Assembly: GCA_018821425.1 (NCBI GenBank)
Contig: JAHJMH010000019.1
Span: 1 to 31,962 of the forward strand
Reading direction: 5' to 3'
DNA from: Nanobdellota archaeon
GTDB taxonomy: Archaea; Nanobdellota; Nanobdellia; Pacearchaeales; GW2011-AR1
Length of the DNA: 31,962 nt
A program made the translations under genes and the position numbers. The notes beneath the pieces were generated by a model. That model saw nothing but the letters and a program-made list of their open reading frames with translations, did not search any database and had not been told where the DNA came from. Below are positions 1 to 9,022 of the stretch, piece by piece. How positions within the stretch are numbered: position 1 is the first letter of the stretch; every line of letters starts with the position of its first letter.

Positions 1-42
1 GAGATTGAAGAAATAAAAAGCCAGTTGAATGTATCAAAATAA
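1..42 (+). CDS. 3' end of a gene entering from the left (EIEEIKSQLNVSK*), probably a peptidase S74 / intramolecular chaperone domain protein
   Basis: Frame-1 read ends with TAA at 40-42. It is identical to 1010-1051, whose upstream part encodes the S74-like GLDYGALTPILVEGIKEL plus a coiled coil. Confidence 0.5.
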   Translation, partial: EIEEIKSQLNVSK

Positions 43-99
43 AACAGGGGAGACGACGTGGAGTAAAGAGGGAGAATAAAACCGGAAGGGGGACGCTCG
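1..99 (+). repeat. Direct repeat copy 1 (truncated by the window edge)
   Basis: 99/99 identical to 1010-1108 by direct comparison. Confidence 0.95.
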
Positions 100-104
100 C
101 TTCA

Positions 105-509
105 CTAACTCAATTTTCTGATTAATTCTAAAGTATTATAGATTTTTATTTTACTCTGATTTTTTAATTTTTTATCTTGAGTCCAAATCGGACAATTGAA
201 TTTTAATGCAGCAGCAAAATAATGAATATCATCTGAATCTGGAGAAATCTTTTCTGCCTCTTTAACAAATTTTCTTAGTTCCGGCAAAGGAATTATTTCT
301 ATCTTGCTCCTTAAAATAAACATAAATTTTTGAAAGTCTGATTCTGACCTGTGAGTTTTTTTTAAAATTTCTCTTTCATGTTCCTCAAATTCTGCTAATA
401 CAAATTCAGGGGTTATTAATTCAAATTTGTCTGACGTTATTAACTCTGCAGTTCCGGAATCTTTTATCAATGCTGAGAACAAAACATTAGCATCTACAAC
501 CAACAACAT
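105..509 (-). CDS. PIN-domain (VapC-like) toxin
   Basis: N-terminal VVDANV, central E, and DxDDxxxxAAA..WTQD acidic PIN motifs; 134 aa. Confidence 0.9.
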   Translation of the reverse strand: MLLVVDANVLFSALIKDSGTAELITSDKFELITPEFVLAEFEEHEREILKKTHRSESDFQKFMFILRSKIEIIPLPELRKFVKEAEKISPDSDDIHYFAAALKFNCPIWTQDKKLKNQSKIKIYNTLELIRKLS

Positions 510-731
510 TTACATCTCCTTATACTTTTCAACTACCTTTTTGTTGACTCTTTTTCCAAATTCCAATGCATCTTTCTCTGCAAATTCACTTTCTAAACTA
601 AAATTTTTCAAGAACTCTAATTCCTGAATTTTTTTGAGCACTGCTACTCTGGCAACTCGAGACCAATCTATGTTATTATTTTTCTCAATTATTATTCTTA
701 TTTCTTCTGGGATGTTTACTCTCAATTCCAT
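510..731 (-). CDS. Cognate VapB-like antitoxin
   Basis: 73 aa, directly upstream of and abutting the PIN gene; RHH-like N-terminus (RVNIPEE...DWSRVARVAV). Confidence 0.75.
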   Translation of the reverse strand: MELRVNIPEEIRIIIEKNNNIDWSRVARVAVLKKIQELEFLKNFSLESEFAEKDALEFGKRVNKKVVEKYKEM

Positions 732-770
732 AAATTTTATCGGAAGTGATTCTATTTAAAACTTATGTTA

Positions 771-1051
771 ATAAGCCAAGTAAATCGTTCCAGAGATTGT
801 TGAGTTTGGGGACAAAAATAATCCTTCAAATTGGTATTTGATAATATTACAGGAGAAAAAAACTCTACGCAACGGGACTTGACTACGGTGCTTTGACGCC
901 GATTCTTGTTGAAGGTATTAAAGAATTAAAATCTGAAAAGGACGCAGAGATAAAATCTTTGAAGAAAGAAAACGCGAACTTGCAGAATCAAATTAATGAA
1001 TTGAAAGCGGAGATTGAAGAAATAAAAAGCCAGTTGAATGTATCAAAATAA
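771..1051 (+). pseudogene. Frameshifted remnant of the 3' end of an S74-chaperone-domain gene
   Basis: With two single-base corrections (about 839 and about 860) it reads IVPEIVEFGDKNNPSNWY-DNITGEK-LYATGLDYGALTPILVEGIKELKSEKDAEIKSLKKENANLQNQINELKAEIEEIKSQLNVSK*. No start codon. Confidence 0.7.
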
Positions 1052-1108
1052 AACAGGGGAGACGACGTGGAGTAAAGAGGGAGAATAAAACCGGAAGGGG
1101 GACGCTCG
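1010..1108 (+). repeat. Direct repeat copy 2
   Basis: Identical to 1-99. Confidence 0.95.
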
Positions 1109-1162
1109 TTTTGCTCGCGTGATGTTGAATAATTATGCGGCGCCTCGTTGCGCTCGGCGCCG
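1101..1162. repeat. GC-rich REP-like palindromic elements
   Basis: gacgctcgttttgctcgcg and the hairpin cggcgcc-tcgttgcgctc-ggcgccg. 1142-1157 matches 27263-27278 at 14/16. Confidence 0.5.
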
Positions 1163-1321
1163 AGAAAGATTCATTAATATGCGAGCTAATTGTTTTTTGA
1201 GAATGGTTCGTGCGAAATTTATGACGGCACGCGATTTGGTTTGATTAGCAAGTCAAGTCTTATTGCCAAGGTGCATATGGAAAAGAATTAAGTTTATTAA
1301 TAATTATTTTGTTATGTTAAA

Positions 1322-2329
1322 ATGATTGGGAAAACAAAAAAAGAGTTTGGATTAGTTTTGATTTTCTTGACCGTGGGCATTTTTGTTCTTCATTTTGGGA
1401 GTGCAGATATAATTTCTCTTAATGCTGGGGGTAATAACGAAGTAATCGTTTCGGTTGATAAATTCGTGGACGGATTTTTCTTTGGAATCCCATCTCCCGC
1501 TGCTGCTGCTGCTGCGGCAACTCCTGCCACGGGAGGAACTACTGGAGGAACTACTAGCACAACAACGACAACTTCTATTTCGTTGAATCCCTCGTCACTG
1601 GATATAAGTATGGGCGTGGACACTGTTCAGAGAAAGACTATAAGCGTTACAAATCTCGGGAGCTCTTCGGTAACGGTTTCTGTAAGTCAGACTGACCTTG
1701 ATGATTTAATTGCTCTTGGAAGTACGAGTCTCACTATCCCTGCTGGAGAAACTGCGAACCTGAATGTTACTTTCGCAGCGCCGAGCGATTCGGGGTCATA
1801 CAACGGAAAAATAATAATTGGCGGAAAGGAAGTTCTGGTCACACTGAATGTTTATGAGGGTTCCCTTCTTTTTGATTCTAACATAGTTGTTCTTAACAGA
1901 GATTATACTGCTTTCCAGGGAGATAAATTAGAGACTCTTGTGACTTTGATTCCTGTGGGAGAGCCGACGAGAATTGACATTACTCTGAACTATAAAATAA
2001 TTGATTACTCAAATAAAATTTTCTTTACAAAGTCTGAGACTCTTTTCGTTGGAGATGTGACTGAACTTGAGAGGAACTTTGATACGGGAGCTCTTCCCCC
2101 CGGAAGTTACATCTTGAGCCTTGAGCTTATTTATCCTGGAGGTGTTGCACCTTCGAGCGCGCACTTTATTATTGCTGGAAGAGAAATTCCTGCTATCCTT
2201 GGTAAGTTGGTGATATTCCTCCTTGTGCTCATTATCTTAGTAATAATTGCTATACTCTCCATAGTCGTTGTGAGAAGATTCAGAAACCGAGAATCGGATG
2301 CACAGGTTTTGGGTCCAGGTACATTTTAA
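1322..2329 (+). CDS. Secreted/membrane-anchored surface protein with an Ala/Thr/Gly linker and Ig-like beta domains
   Basis: N-terminal hydrophobic signal, AAAAAAATPATGGTTGGTTSTTTTT linker, beta-rich middle, C-terminal TM followed by RRFRNR. Confidence 0.75.
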   Translation: MIGKTKKEFGLVLIFLTVGIFVLHFGSADIISLNAGGNNEVIVSVDKFVDGFFFGIPSPAAAAAAATPATGGTTGGTTSTTTTTSISLNPSSLDISMGVDTVQRKTISVTNLGSSSVTVSVSQTDLDDLIALGSTSLTIPAGETANLNVTFAAPSDSGSYNGKIIIGGKEVLVTLNVYEGSLLFDSNIVVLNRDYTAFQGDKLETLVTLIPVGEPTRIDITLNYKIIDYSNKIFFTKSETLFVGDVTELERNFDTGALPPGSYILSLELIYPGGVAPSSAHFIIAGREIPAILGKLVIFLLVLIILVIIAILSIVVVRRFRNRESDAQVLGPGTF

Positions 2330-2376
2330 TTTTCTGGAATGGGAAAATCTATAAACAATTTATCTTTTGAAAACTT

Positions 2377-3567
2377 ATGTTAATAGGACTCGTTGGAAAA
2401 CCGTCGGCAGGAAAGAGCACTTTTTTCAAAGCTGCGACTCTCGCAGAGGTGGCAATAGCGGCTTATCCTTTTACGACGATAAAACCTAACACAGGAGTAG
2501 GTTATGTGAAAGTTGAATGCATTGATAAAGAGTTTAATACTAAGTGCAACCCGAGTCACGGTTTTTGCGTCGATGGAAAAAGATTTGTTCCCGTTGAAAT
2601 AATGGACGTTGCAGGTTTGGTCCCGGGGGCGAGCGAGGGTAAGGGTCTTGGGAATCAGTTCCTTGACGATTTGCGACAGGCTGATGCTTTCATTCAAGTC
2701 GTGGATTGTTCGGGAAGGTCGAATGAAAAAGGAGAACAATTGCCCGAAGGGAAAACGAGGGATCCTGCAGATGACATAAAATTTCTGGAAGAAGAGCTTA
2801 ATCTTTGGTTTTACAACTTGTTGATGAAAGTCTGGAAAAGCTTTTCAAAAAAGACTGAAATGGAGAGGGGGAAATTTTCAGAAGCTGTCGCGAAGCAGTT
2901 TTCTGGTTTGAGAGTTAAGGAGGAATATGTTAAAGACGTTTTGAGAAATTTGAATCTGAGTGAAAAGCCGAGCGAGTGGAGTGAAAAACAATTAAGGAAT
3001 TTTGCTGAAGGTCTTCGGAGAAAGAGTAAGCCGATGATTATTGCTGCCAATAAAATAGATTTGCCTGGGGCTATAGATAATTATCGAAAACTGAGAGCAG
3101 ACTTTCCAAATTTGAATATTGTTCCGTGTTCTGCGGATTCCGAGTTAGCGTTGAGAGAAGCGTCGAAGGCAGGGCTTATAGAATATATTCCCGGAGAAAA
3201 AGATTTCAAAATTATCGGAGAATTGAACGAAAAGCAAAAAGATGCGTTGGAGAAAATTCGTGAAAAGTTTAAAGATTTCGTTGGAGGAACTGGAGTTCAG
3301 TCAATTTTAAACAATGCAGTCTTTGGACTTCTCAGTTATATTCCAATTTTTCCGGCGAGTGCAAACAAGCTCGCGGATAGTAAGGGGAACATTTTGCCAG
3401 ACTGTTTTCTTTTGCCTCCTGGCTCGACGGCGTTGGATTTTGCGTACTTTTTGCACACGGATTTCGGGGAGAATTTTATTAAAGCAATAGACGCACGCAC
3501 GAAGAAAGCCCTCGGGAAAAATTACGAGTTGAAGCCAAGAGATGCTTTAGAAATTGTGACGCGGTGA
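2377..3567 (+). CDS. ychF: Obg-family ATPase YchF (archaeal type)
   Basis: GKPSAGKST, YPFTTIKPN, DVAGLVPGASEGKGLGNQFL, ANKID, C-terminal TGS domain. Confidence 0.95.
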   Translation: MLIGLVGKPSAGKSTFFKAATLAEVAIAAYPFTTIKPNTGVGYVKVECIDKEFNTKCNPSHGFCVDGKRFVPVEIMDVAGLVPGASEGKGLGNQFLDDLRQADAFIQVVDCSGRSNEKGEQLPEGKTRDPADDIKFLEEELNLWFYNLLMKVWKSFSKKTEMERGKFSEAVAKQFSGLRVKEEYVKDVLRNLNLSEKPSEWSEKQLRNFAEGLRRKSKPMIIAANKIDLPGAIDNYRKLRADFPNLNIVPCSADSELALREASKAGLIEYIPGEKDFKIIGELNEKQKDALEKIREKFKDFVGGTGVQSILNNAVFGLLSYIPIFPASANKLADSKGNILPDCFLLPPGSTALDFAYFLHTDFGENFIKAIDARTKKALGKNYELKPRDALEIVTR

Positions 3568-3627
3568 TTTCTTCATCATTGAGTAATGATATTTCTTTTT
3601 ATAGGCTATCAAACTTTATTTATTTTA

Positions 3628-4545
3628 ATGAAGCTTAAACATTGTATTGAATCACAGCAGTTTTCTAAGGAATTGTTGTTTGAATTGTTTAATTTGGCAG
3701 ATTCATTGAGGGAAAATAATGGAGAACTTCTAAAAGGAAAAATAATGGCTTCTTTATTTTACGAACCTTCTACAAGAACTAGGCTTAGTTTTGAGTCTGC
3801 GATGCTCAAGCTTGGAGGAAGAGTTATTGGAACTGAAAATGCGAAGGAATTTTCTTCAGCTGTTAAAGGAGAATCTCTTGAGGATTCTACGAGGGTGATT
3901 TCTTCTTACTCTGATGTTATTGTGATAAGGCATGACGTTGACGGATCTGCGAAATTATGTTCTTCAGTTTCAAAAGTTCCGGTAATAAATGCCGGAGACG
4001 GAAAGGGTCAACACCCAACCCAAGCTTTATTGGATGTTTATACTATCTATCTGGAGTTCGGAAAAATTGACGGACTAAAAATTGCAATGGTTGGGGATTT
4101 GTCTTCCGGAAGAACTGTAAGGTCGTTATGTTACTTGCTTGGAAAATTTGAAAACGTTGAGATAATTTTTGTTTCTCCTGAAAATCTGAAAATGAAAGAC
4201 GATATTAAAGATTATTTAAATCGTCACAATGTAAAATTTAGGGAAGAAAGCGATCTTGATAAAATTTTAACTGAAGTTGATGTTATCTATATGACTAGAA
4301 TTCAAAAAGAAAGAATAAGTTTTGAAGATTATGAAGCAGCAATGGGAAAATTCGTCATAAACGAAACTAATTTCAATTTTGTTCCTAAGAGTTCAAGGAT
4401 AATGCATCCCTTACCTCATGTTGAAGAAATTGAACTTCCCATTGTTTTAGAAAACTTTGACGAAAGAGTGGCTTATTTTAGGCAAGCTGAAAATGGTCTT
4501 TATATAAGAATGGCTTTGTTGGTTCATTTGCTTGGAGTTGATTAG
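3628..4545 (+). CDS. pyrB: Aspartate carbamoyltransferase catalytic subunit
   Basis: FYEPSTRTRLSFE, INAGDG..QHPTQALLD, MHPLP motifs. Start moved to the ATG at 3628. Confidence 0.95.
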   Translation: MKLKHCIESQQFSKELLFELFNLADSLRENNGELLKGKIMASLFYEPSTRTRLSFESAMLKLGGRVIGTENAKEFSSAVKGESLEDSTRVISSYSDVIVIRHDVDGSAKLCSSVSKVPVINAGDGKGQHPTQALLDVYTIYLEFGKIDGLKIAMVGDLSSGRTVRSLCYLLGKFENVEIIFVSPENLKMKDDIKDYLNRHNVKFREESDLDKILTEVDVIYMTRIQKERISFEDYEAAMGKFVINETNFNFVPKSSRIMHPLPHVEEIELPIVLENFDERVAYFRQAENGLYIRMALLVHLLGVD

Positions 4546-4575
4546 ATTTAAAAGTTTTAATTGTTTCTTCATTTG

Positions 4576-4788
4576 ATGAAAATAAAAATAAAGGTGAAGC
4601 CCAATTCTGGGAAACAGGAAATTTCAAAAGAAGGCGAAGGTTATGTGGTTTTTTTGAAATCTGCGCCAGAGAACGGAAAAGCAAATGTCGAACTCTTGAA
4701 GTTGTTACAAAGGTATTTTAAACGGGAAGTAAAAATAAAAACAGGACTTAGTTCCAAAAATAAAATTGTTGAGGTTTTTGATAAATGA
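4576..4788 (+). CDS. DUF167 (YggU-like) protein
   Basis: IKVKPNS...KSAPENGKAN.EL...TG.SSKNK pattern. ATG at 4576. Confidence 0.9.
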   Translation: MKIKIKVKPNSGKQEISKEGEGYVVFLKSAPENGKANVELLKLLQRYFKREVKIKTGLSSKNKIVEVFDK

Positions 4789-5195
4789 AAACATTAACTC
4801 TTAAACAGCCGTGGGCAGAACTTGTTTTGCAAGGCAGGAAGAAAATTGAATTAAGAAAGTGGAACATGAATTTTCGCGGACCGTTTTTTATTCATAGTTC
4901 TAAAATTCCCGACTCTGATGGGATGAAAAAATTCGGGTTTGACAATTTGCCTAATGGATTTGTTCTAGGAAGAGCAAATTTGGTTGATGTTAAGAAGTAT
5001 ATTGATGGAGATGATTTTTTGAAAGATAAAAAGAAACATCTGGCCACGGAAGAATGGGGCAAATATGGTTTTATTTTAGATGATGTTAAAAGAATCAAGC
5101 CAATTTCTGCGAGGGGTCAGTTAGGTTTTTGGGATTTTTATGTGGAAGAATTAAGGGAGGTTGACGGTCAAGGAACCGTAGGTGCCTTACCATGA
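4785..5195 (+). CDS. ASCH domain protein
   Basis: LTLKQPWAELVLQGRKKIELRKW and C-terminal RGQLGFWD. Confidence 0.9.
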   Translation: MKTLTLKQPWAELVLQGRKKIELRKWNMNFRGPFFIHSSKIPDSDGMKKFGFDNLPNGFVLGRANLVDVKKYIDGDDFLKDKKKHLATEEWGKYGFILDDVKRIKPISARGQLGFWDFYVEELREVDGQGTVGALP

Positions 5196-5599
5196 AATAC
5201 GAATACGCGCCAGATTTGCAGGTTATTTCCGACGAGATTTCACAGCTTTTGTTCCCGCATGTTAAACTTGGAAGAGTAAGATGTTTTCGAAGTTATGGAA
5301 CTTCTTCACGAGGAACAATAGCGAGGTGTCATACTATTGGGAAATTAATTCAGAAAGCACTCAACACCGATGCGTTTTATGTTCTTGAATTTATTTCTGA
5401 ACGGTTTGATAAAATGGATTCTGAAGAACAGATTAAAGTTATAATTCATGAACTCATGCACATTCCCTCAACTTTTGGCGGCGGTTTTAGGCATCATGAC
5501 CATGTTCATGAGGGAAACGTTGAAAAAAATTATCGGACTTATAAATTATTGAAAGATGGGGGTGAAGATGGTGAGAGAAAAAGTTTCTTTCGTTTTTAA
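5192..5599 (+). CDS. Putative zinc metallopeptidase (HExxH)
   Basis: IIHELMHIP motif, preceded by S.GT...IARC. Confidence 0.8.
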   Translation: MKYEYAPDLQVISDEISQLLFPHVKLGRVRCFRSYGTSSRGTIARCHTIGKLIQKALNTDAFYVLEFISERFDKMDSEEQIKVIIHELMHIPSTFGGGFRHHDHVHEGNVEKNYRTYKLLKDGGEDGERKSFFRF

Positions 5600-5918
5600 A
5601 AAAAGGAAGTTCAGCGTCGAGGCAAGAACGTGCGGGTTCTTTAGTTTTGGACTGATGTTTAGAACGCGCCAGACGGAGCCGTGTGTTTTTAGGTTTGACA
5701 ATGATACAAATTTCAGAATAAGTTCTCTTTTTGTTCCTTTCTCTTTTTTAGCAATTTGGCTTGATGGGAAAAATCGAGTCATGAGTGTTAGGAAAGTGAA
5801 TCCATTCACGGTCTCGGTTTCTTCAGATAAGCCTTACAGAACTTTACTTGAAATTCCAGTAAATAAAAAATATTCCAAACTTGTAAACATTTTTGGGAGA
5901 GGCCTTTTCCGTCGGTAA
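5556..5918 (+). CDS. DUF192-like protein
   Basis: GLMFR...FVPFSFLAIWLD...LLEIP pattern. The true start may be the ATG at 5568. Confidence 0.7.
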   Translation: MGVKMVREKVSFVFKKRKFSVEARTCGFFSFGLMFRTRQTEPCVFRFDNDTNFRISSLFVPFSFLAIWLDGKNRVMSVRKVNPFTVSVSSDKPYRTLLEIPVNKKYSKLVNIFGRGLFRR

Positions 5919-5980
5919 AGAAAGATTTAAATACATCTTCGATTTTATTTATTAATTATCAGCAAAAAGGAGGTGTAAAA

Positions 5981-6136
5981 ATGGGAAAGATTATTGTTAA
6001 AAAAGTTATAACTAGAAAGCCAGGACATCTTTACTACGTTGACGGACAAGGGAATGTTTGCGAGGCTGTTATGGCTAGAGGCGGAAAGAAAAAGAAGGCT
6101 ACAAAGAAAAAAGTTACAAAGAAAAAGAAGAGATAA
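5981..6136 (+). CDS. 51-aa very basic protein with a Lys-rich tail (not in the ORF track)
   Basis: MGKIIVKKVITRKPGHLYYVDGQGNVCEAVMARGGKKKKATKKKVTKKKKR*. Strong SD (AGGAGGTG, about 5968-5975), TATA-like TTTAAATA at 5926, T-rich terminator downstream. Confidence 0.85.
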   Translation: MGKIIVKKVITRKPGHLYYVDGQGNVCEAVMARGGKKKKATKKKVTKKKKR

Positions 6137-6181
6137 ATAGTCTTCTGTTTTTTATTTTTTAATCATTTTTATTTTATTTTG
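6137..6181 (+). terminator. Oligo-T archaeal-type terminator
   Basis: Several T5-T7 runs directly after the stop codon. Confidence 0.55.
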
Positions 6182-6216
6182 AAAAAGTTTTAAAGTAGTG
6201 ATATGTTTCTTTTTCT

Positions 6217-6918
6217 ATGAAAGCAATTATACTTGCTGCAGGGTTCGGGACGCGACTTCATCCCTTTACTCTTGAAAAGCCTAAATCCCTTCTTGAAATA
6301 AAGGGAATGCCCCTTATTGATTATATAATTGAAAAAATTCCACGGAGCGTTGACGAAACCATTCTTGTTTCTAACGCAAAGTTTTATAGTAGTTTTCTAG
6401 AATGGAAGAAAACCTCTGGGGCAAAATTGAAGATTTTAAATGATGGGGTTCTTGTGAATGAAGAAAGACTTGGGGGAATCGCTGATTTATGGTTGGCAAT
6501 TCAAAGAGAAAAGATTAATGACGATTTACTGATAATCTTGGGAGATAACTTTTTTGATTTCAACTTGGAGACGTTTCTTGATTTGTTTTATAAAGATAAA
6601 AAAATATCTATAGGATTGTATCAAACGGATTTTCAAAAAGCGAAAAAATTTGGCGTTGCTGAAGTCGAAGGTAATGACTTAATTGATATTGAAGAAAAAC
6701 CAGACAAGCCTAAATCTGATCTTATCGTAACTGGACTTTATTTAATTCCAAAAGAAAAAATTAGTTTGATTCAGGAATACATGAAAACAAATAAAGACAA
6801 AGGAGGAATAACATATCTCATAAAGGACTGGCTGGGTAAGGAAAAGATAAAAGCCTGTACCTTTAAAGGAGGGTGGGAAGATATTGGCGATGTTGAGACT
6901 TATGAAAAATTAAAATGA
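6217..6918 (+). CDS. Sugar-phosphate nucleotidyltransferase (NTP_transferase family)
   Basis: MKAIILAAGFGTRLHPFT..KPK.LL, GDN, IEEKP, W.DIG. Confidence 0.9.
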   Translation: MKAIILAAGFGTRLHPFTLEKPKSLLEIKGMPLIDYIIEKIPRSVDETILVSNAKFYSSFLEWKKTSGAKLKILNDGVLVNEERLGGIADLWLAIQREKINDDLLIILGDNFFDFNLETFLDLFYKDKKISIGLYQTDFQKAKKFGVAEVEGNDLIDIEEKPDKPKSDLIVTGLYLIPKEKISLIQEYMKTNKDKGGITYLIKDWLGKEKIKACTFKGGWEDIGDVETYEKLK

Positions 6919-8135
6919 CAACAATATTGGGAATTGAATCGACGGCGCACACTTTTGGGATTGGTGTCGTTCGCGACGGGAAAGTTTTATCTAATGTTAA
7001 AAGTTCTTACACTACAGAATCGGGAGGAATAATTCCGATGGATGCGGCGAAGCATCATAAGGAAGTCGGTGTGGAAGTTTATGCTGAATCTTTGGAGAAA
7101 GCAGGAATCAGCGAAGGGGAGATTGATGCAATTGCTTTTTCTCAAGGTCCTGGTTTGGCGCCTTGTTTAATTCAAGGAATTAATTTCGCGAAAGAACTTT
7201 CTAAGAAATTTGAGAAGCCACTTGTTCCAGTTAATCACTGCATCGCGCATCTTGAGATTGGGAGAACTACTGGTGCAAAAAATCCCGTAATGCTTTACGC
7301 CTCGGGAGCGAACACACAAGTTATTGCTTATGCGTCGGGGAAGTTCAGAGTTTTCGGTGAGACTCTTGATATTGGTGTTGGGAATTTTATCGACAACTTC
7401 GCAAGGCACGTGGGTATTGGTTTTCCGGGAGGGCCAGAAATTGAAAAACTTGCCAAGCAAGGGAAGAATTTTATCGAACTTCCTTATAGCGTTAAAGGGA
7501 TGGATATTTCTTTGTCCGGAATTTTAACAAATTTGAAACAGAAGTTTGATAAGATTAAGAATTTGCGTTCGCCTTCGGCTCACTCTGAGGGGCACCAGGT
7601 TTCCCCCTACACTACCCCCTCCTTTAATTTGCGTTCGCCTTCGGCTCACGGAATTAATGGCTTCGAAACCGCCTTCGGACAGGTTTCTCCGCAAGGGAAA
7701 AATATTAAGCAGAAATCTTCTTCGAAGGTTAATCTTCTTCTGAAAAAATCCGAGTGCAGCGACGGCAAAATTGTAAATTACACTCTCGCAGATCTCTCTT
7801 ATTCGCTTCAAGAAACTGTTTTTGCGATGCTTGTTGAAACTGCCGAGCGCGCGTTGGCTCATACTGGGAAGGAAGAGCTTTTACTCGGCGGTGGAGTTGC
7901 GTGCAATTCTCGTTTGCAGGAAATGTGTCGTATCATGTGCAAGGAGCGAGGCGCGAAATTCTTTTGTCCCGAACGTTCGTTGTTAGTGGATAACGCGGCG
8001 ATGATTGCTTTTCTCGGAGAGATAATTTTTAAGATGCGGCGTAATGGACGTGCTCGCCCGCCCGCCCAAGACTTGGCAGATTTAGATATCAAGCCGAGGC
8101 AGAGGACTGATGATGTGGAGGTTGATTGGCGGTGA
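6915..8135 (+). CDS. kae1: tRNA t6A threonylcarbamoyltransferase Kae1/TsaD with an internal insertion of about 60-70 aa
   Basis: ILGIESTAH, VNHCIAHLE, SGANTQ, GETLDIGVGN..D, GGGVACN, DNAAMIA, RTDDV...WR. Confidence 0.95.
   Translation: MTTILGIESTAHTFGIGVVRDGKVLSNVKSSYTTESGGIIPMDAAKHHKEVGVEVYAESLEKAGISEGEIDAIAFSQGPGLAPCLIQGINFAKELSKKFEKPLVPVNHCIAHLEIGRTTGAKNPVMLYASGANTQVIAYASGKFRVFGETLDIGVGNFIDNFARHVGIGFPGGPEIEKLAKQGKNFIELPYSVKGMDISLSGILTNLKQKFDKIKNLRSPSAHSEGHQVSPYTTPSFNLRSPSAHGINGFETAFGQVSPQGKNIKQKSSSKVNLLLKKSECSDGKIVNYTLADLSYSLQETVFAMLVETAERALAHTGKEELLLGGGVACNSRLQEMCRIMCKERGAKFFCPERSLLVDNAAMIAFLGEIIFKMRRNGRARPPAQDLADLDIKPRQRTDDVEVDWR
7560..7700. repeat. REP-like repeat cluster inserted in frame in kae1
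   Basis: 24-bp aatttgcgttcgccttcggctcac at 7560-7583 and 7626-7649 (66-bp period), a third gccttcgga near 7671, and two caggtttc copies. Confidence 0.85.
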
Positions 8136-8177
8136 AAGATTAATAAAATCTATAAATGGTCTTGCCGTAATCATCTT

Positions 8178-8582
8178 ATGAAGTTTAATGAACTACTTGG
8201 AGAGAAATTTGAAAAACTTGTTAAAGAAGATAAGGAAATCATAGCTGTGGTTATCTTCGGGAGTTTTGTTACAAATAGAGAATATAGTCGAGATGTTGAT
8301 GTTTGTTTAATCCTTGACAAAAGTTATTCAAATTCTTACATGACTACTAAGAGATTAAAATTTCTTTCTGTGATGTCTGGGCAATTTGATATCACAATTT
8401 TTCAGCAGCTTCCTCTTTATATAAAACAGCGAGTGTTAAAAGATGGGAAGGTAATTTTGTCTAAAAATGATGATGTCCTGTATGACATTGCTTATGCGAT
8501 GATAAAAGATTATAACCTGTTTGAGAAAATTTATCTTAATTATTTAAATTCGGTTGGAGAATTTGTCGAGGTTGTAAAATGA
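8178..8582 (+). CDS. Minimal nucleotidyltransferase (MNT) antitoxin, MntA-like
   Basis: FGS-x10-DVD motif; 134 aa; overlaps the HEPN gene by 4 bp. Confidence 0.9.
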   Translation: MKFNELLGEKFEKLVKEDKEIIAVVIFGSFVTNREYSRDVDVCLILDKSYSNSYMTTKRLKFLSVMSGQFDITIFQQLPLYIKQRVLKDGKVILSKNDDVLYDIAYAMIKDYNLFEKIYLNYLNSVGEFVEVVK

Positions 8583-9022
8583 AAAAAGTTATTGACCGGA
8601 ATAAAATTCTTTCTAAACTGGATGAGATAGGTCTTTATCTTGATGAATTGGAAGAAATAAAACCGGCTGATTTTGAAGAATATAGGAAAAGCATTGTTAA
8701 AAAAAGGTCCTGTGAAAGATTATTACAAATCTCTGTTGAGTCTGTTATTGATATCTGCAATGTTATCGTTGCTAACTTGAGGCTTGGTGTTCCTTATGAT
8801 GAGGATGTTTTGTTTGAAAAATTAATTGATAAGGATATAATATCAAAAAAGACCGGGATGATACTAAGAAAGATGAAAGGATTTAGAAATATTCTTGTCC
8901 ATAAATATGGCGAAGTTGATAATGAGAAAGTTTTTGAACATCTCGGAGAACTGAACGATTTTGAAGTTTTTAAGAATGAGATTTTAAAATTTTTGAATAA
9001 CTCTTCGCGAGGTTGCAATTAA
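8579..9022 (+). CDS. HEPN (DUF86) RNase toxin, HepT-like
   Basis: ERLLQI..E..ID and the RX4HXY motif RNILVHKY. Confidence 0.9.
   Translation: MKKVIDRNKILSKLDEIGLYLDELEEIKPADFEEYRKSIVKKRSCERLLQISVESVIDICNVIVANLRLGVPYDEDVLFEKLIDKDIISKKTGMILRKMKGFRNILVHKYGEVDNEKVFEHLGELNDFEVFKNEILKFLNNSSRGCN

Noticed and set aside
1-1051. Prophage inferred from the S74 tail-chaperone domain
   Set aside because: No capsid, terminase or integrase genes are visible, and S74 domains also occur in cellular surface proteins.
1497-1575. (GCT)n and ggaactact micro-repeats
   Set aside because: Fully explained by the Ala/Thr/Gly linker of the surface protein.
7560-7649. CRISPR array
   Set aside because: Only two repeat copies, inside a coding frame, with no cas genes or leader.
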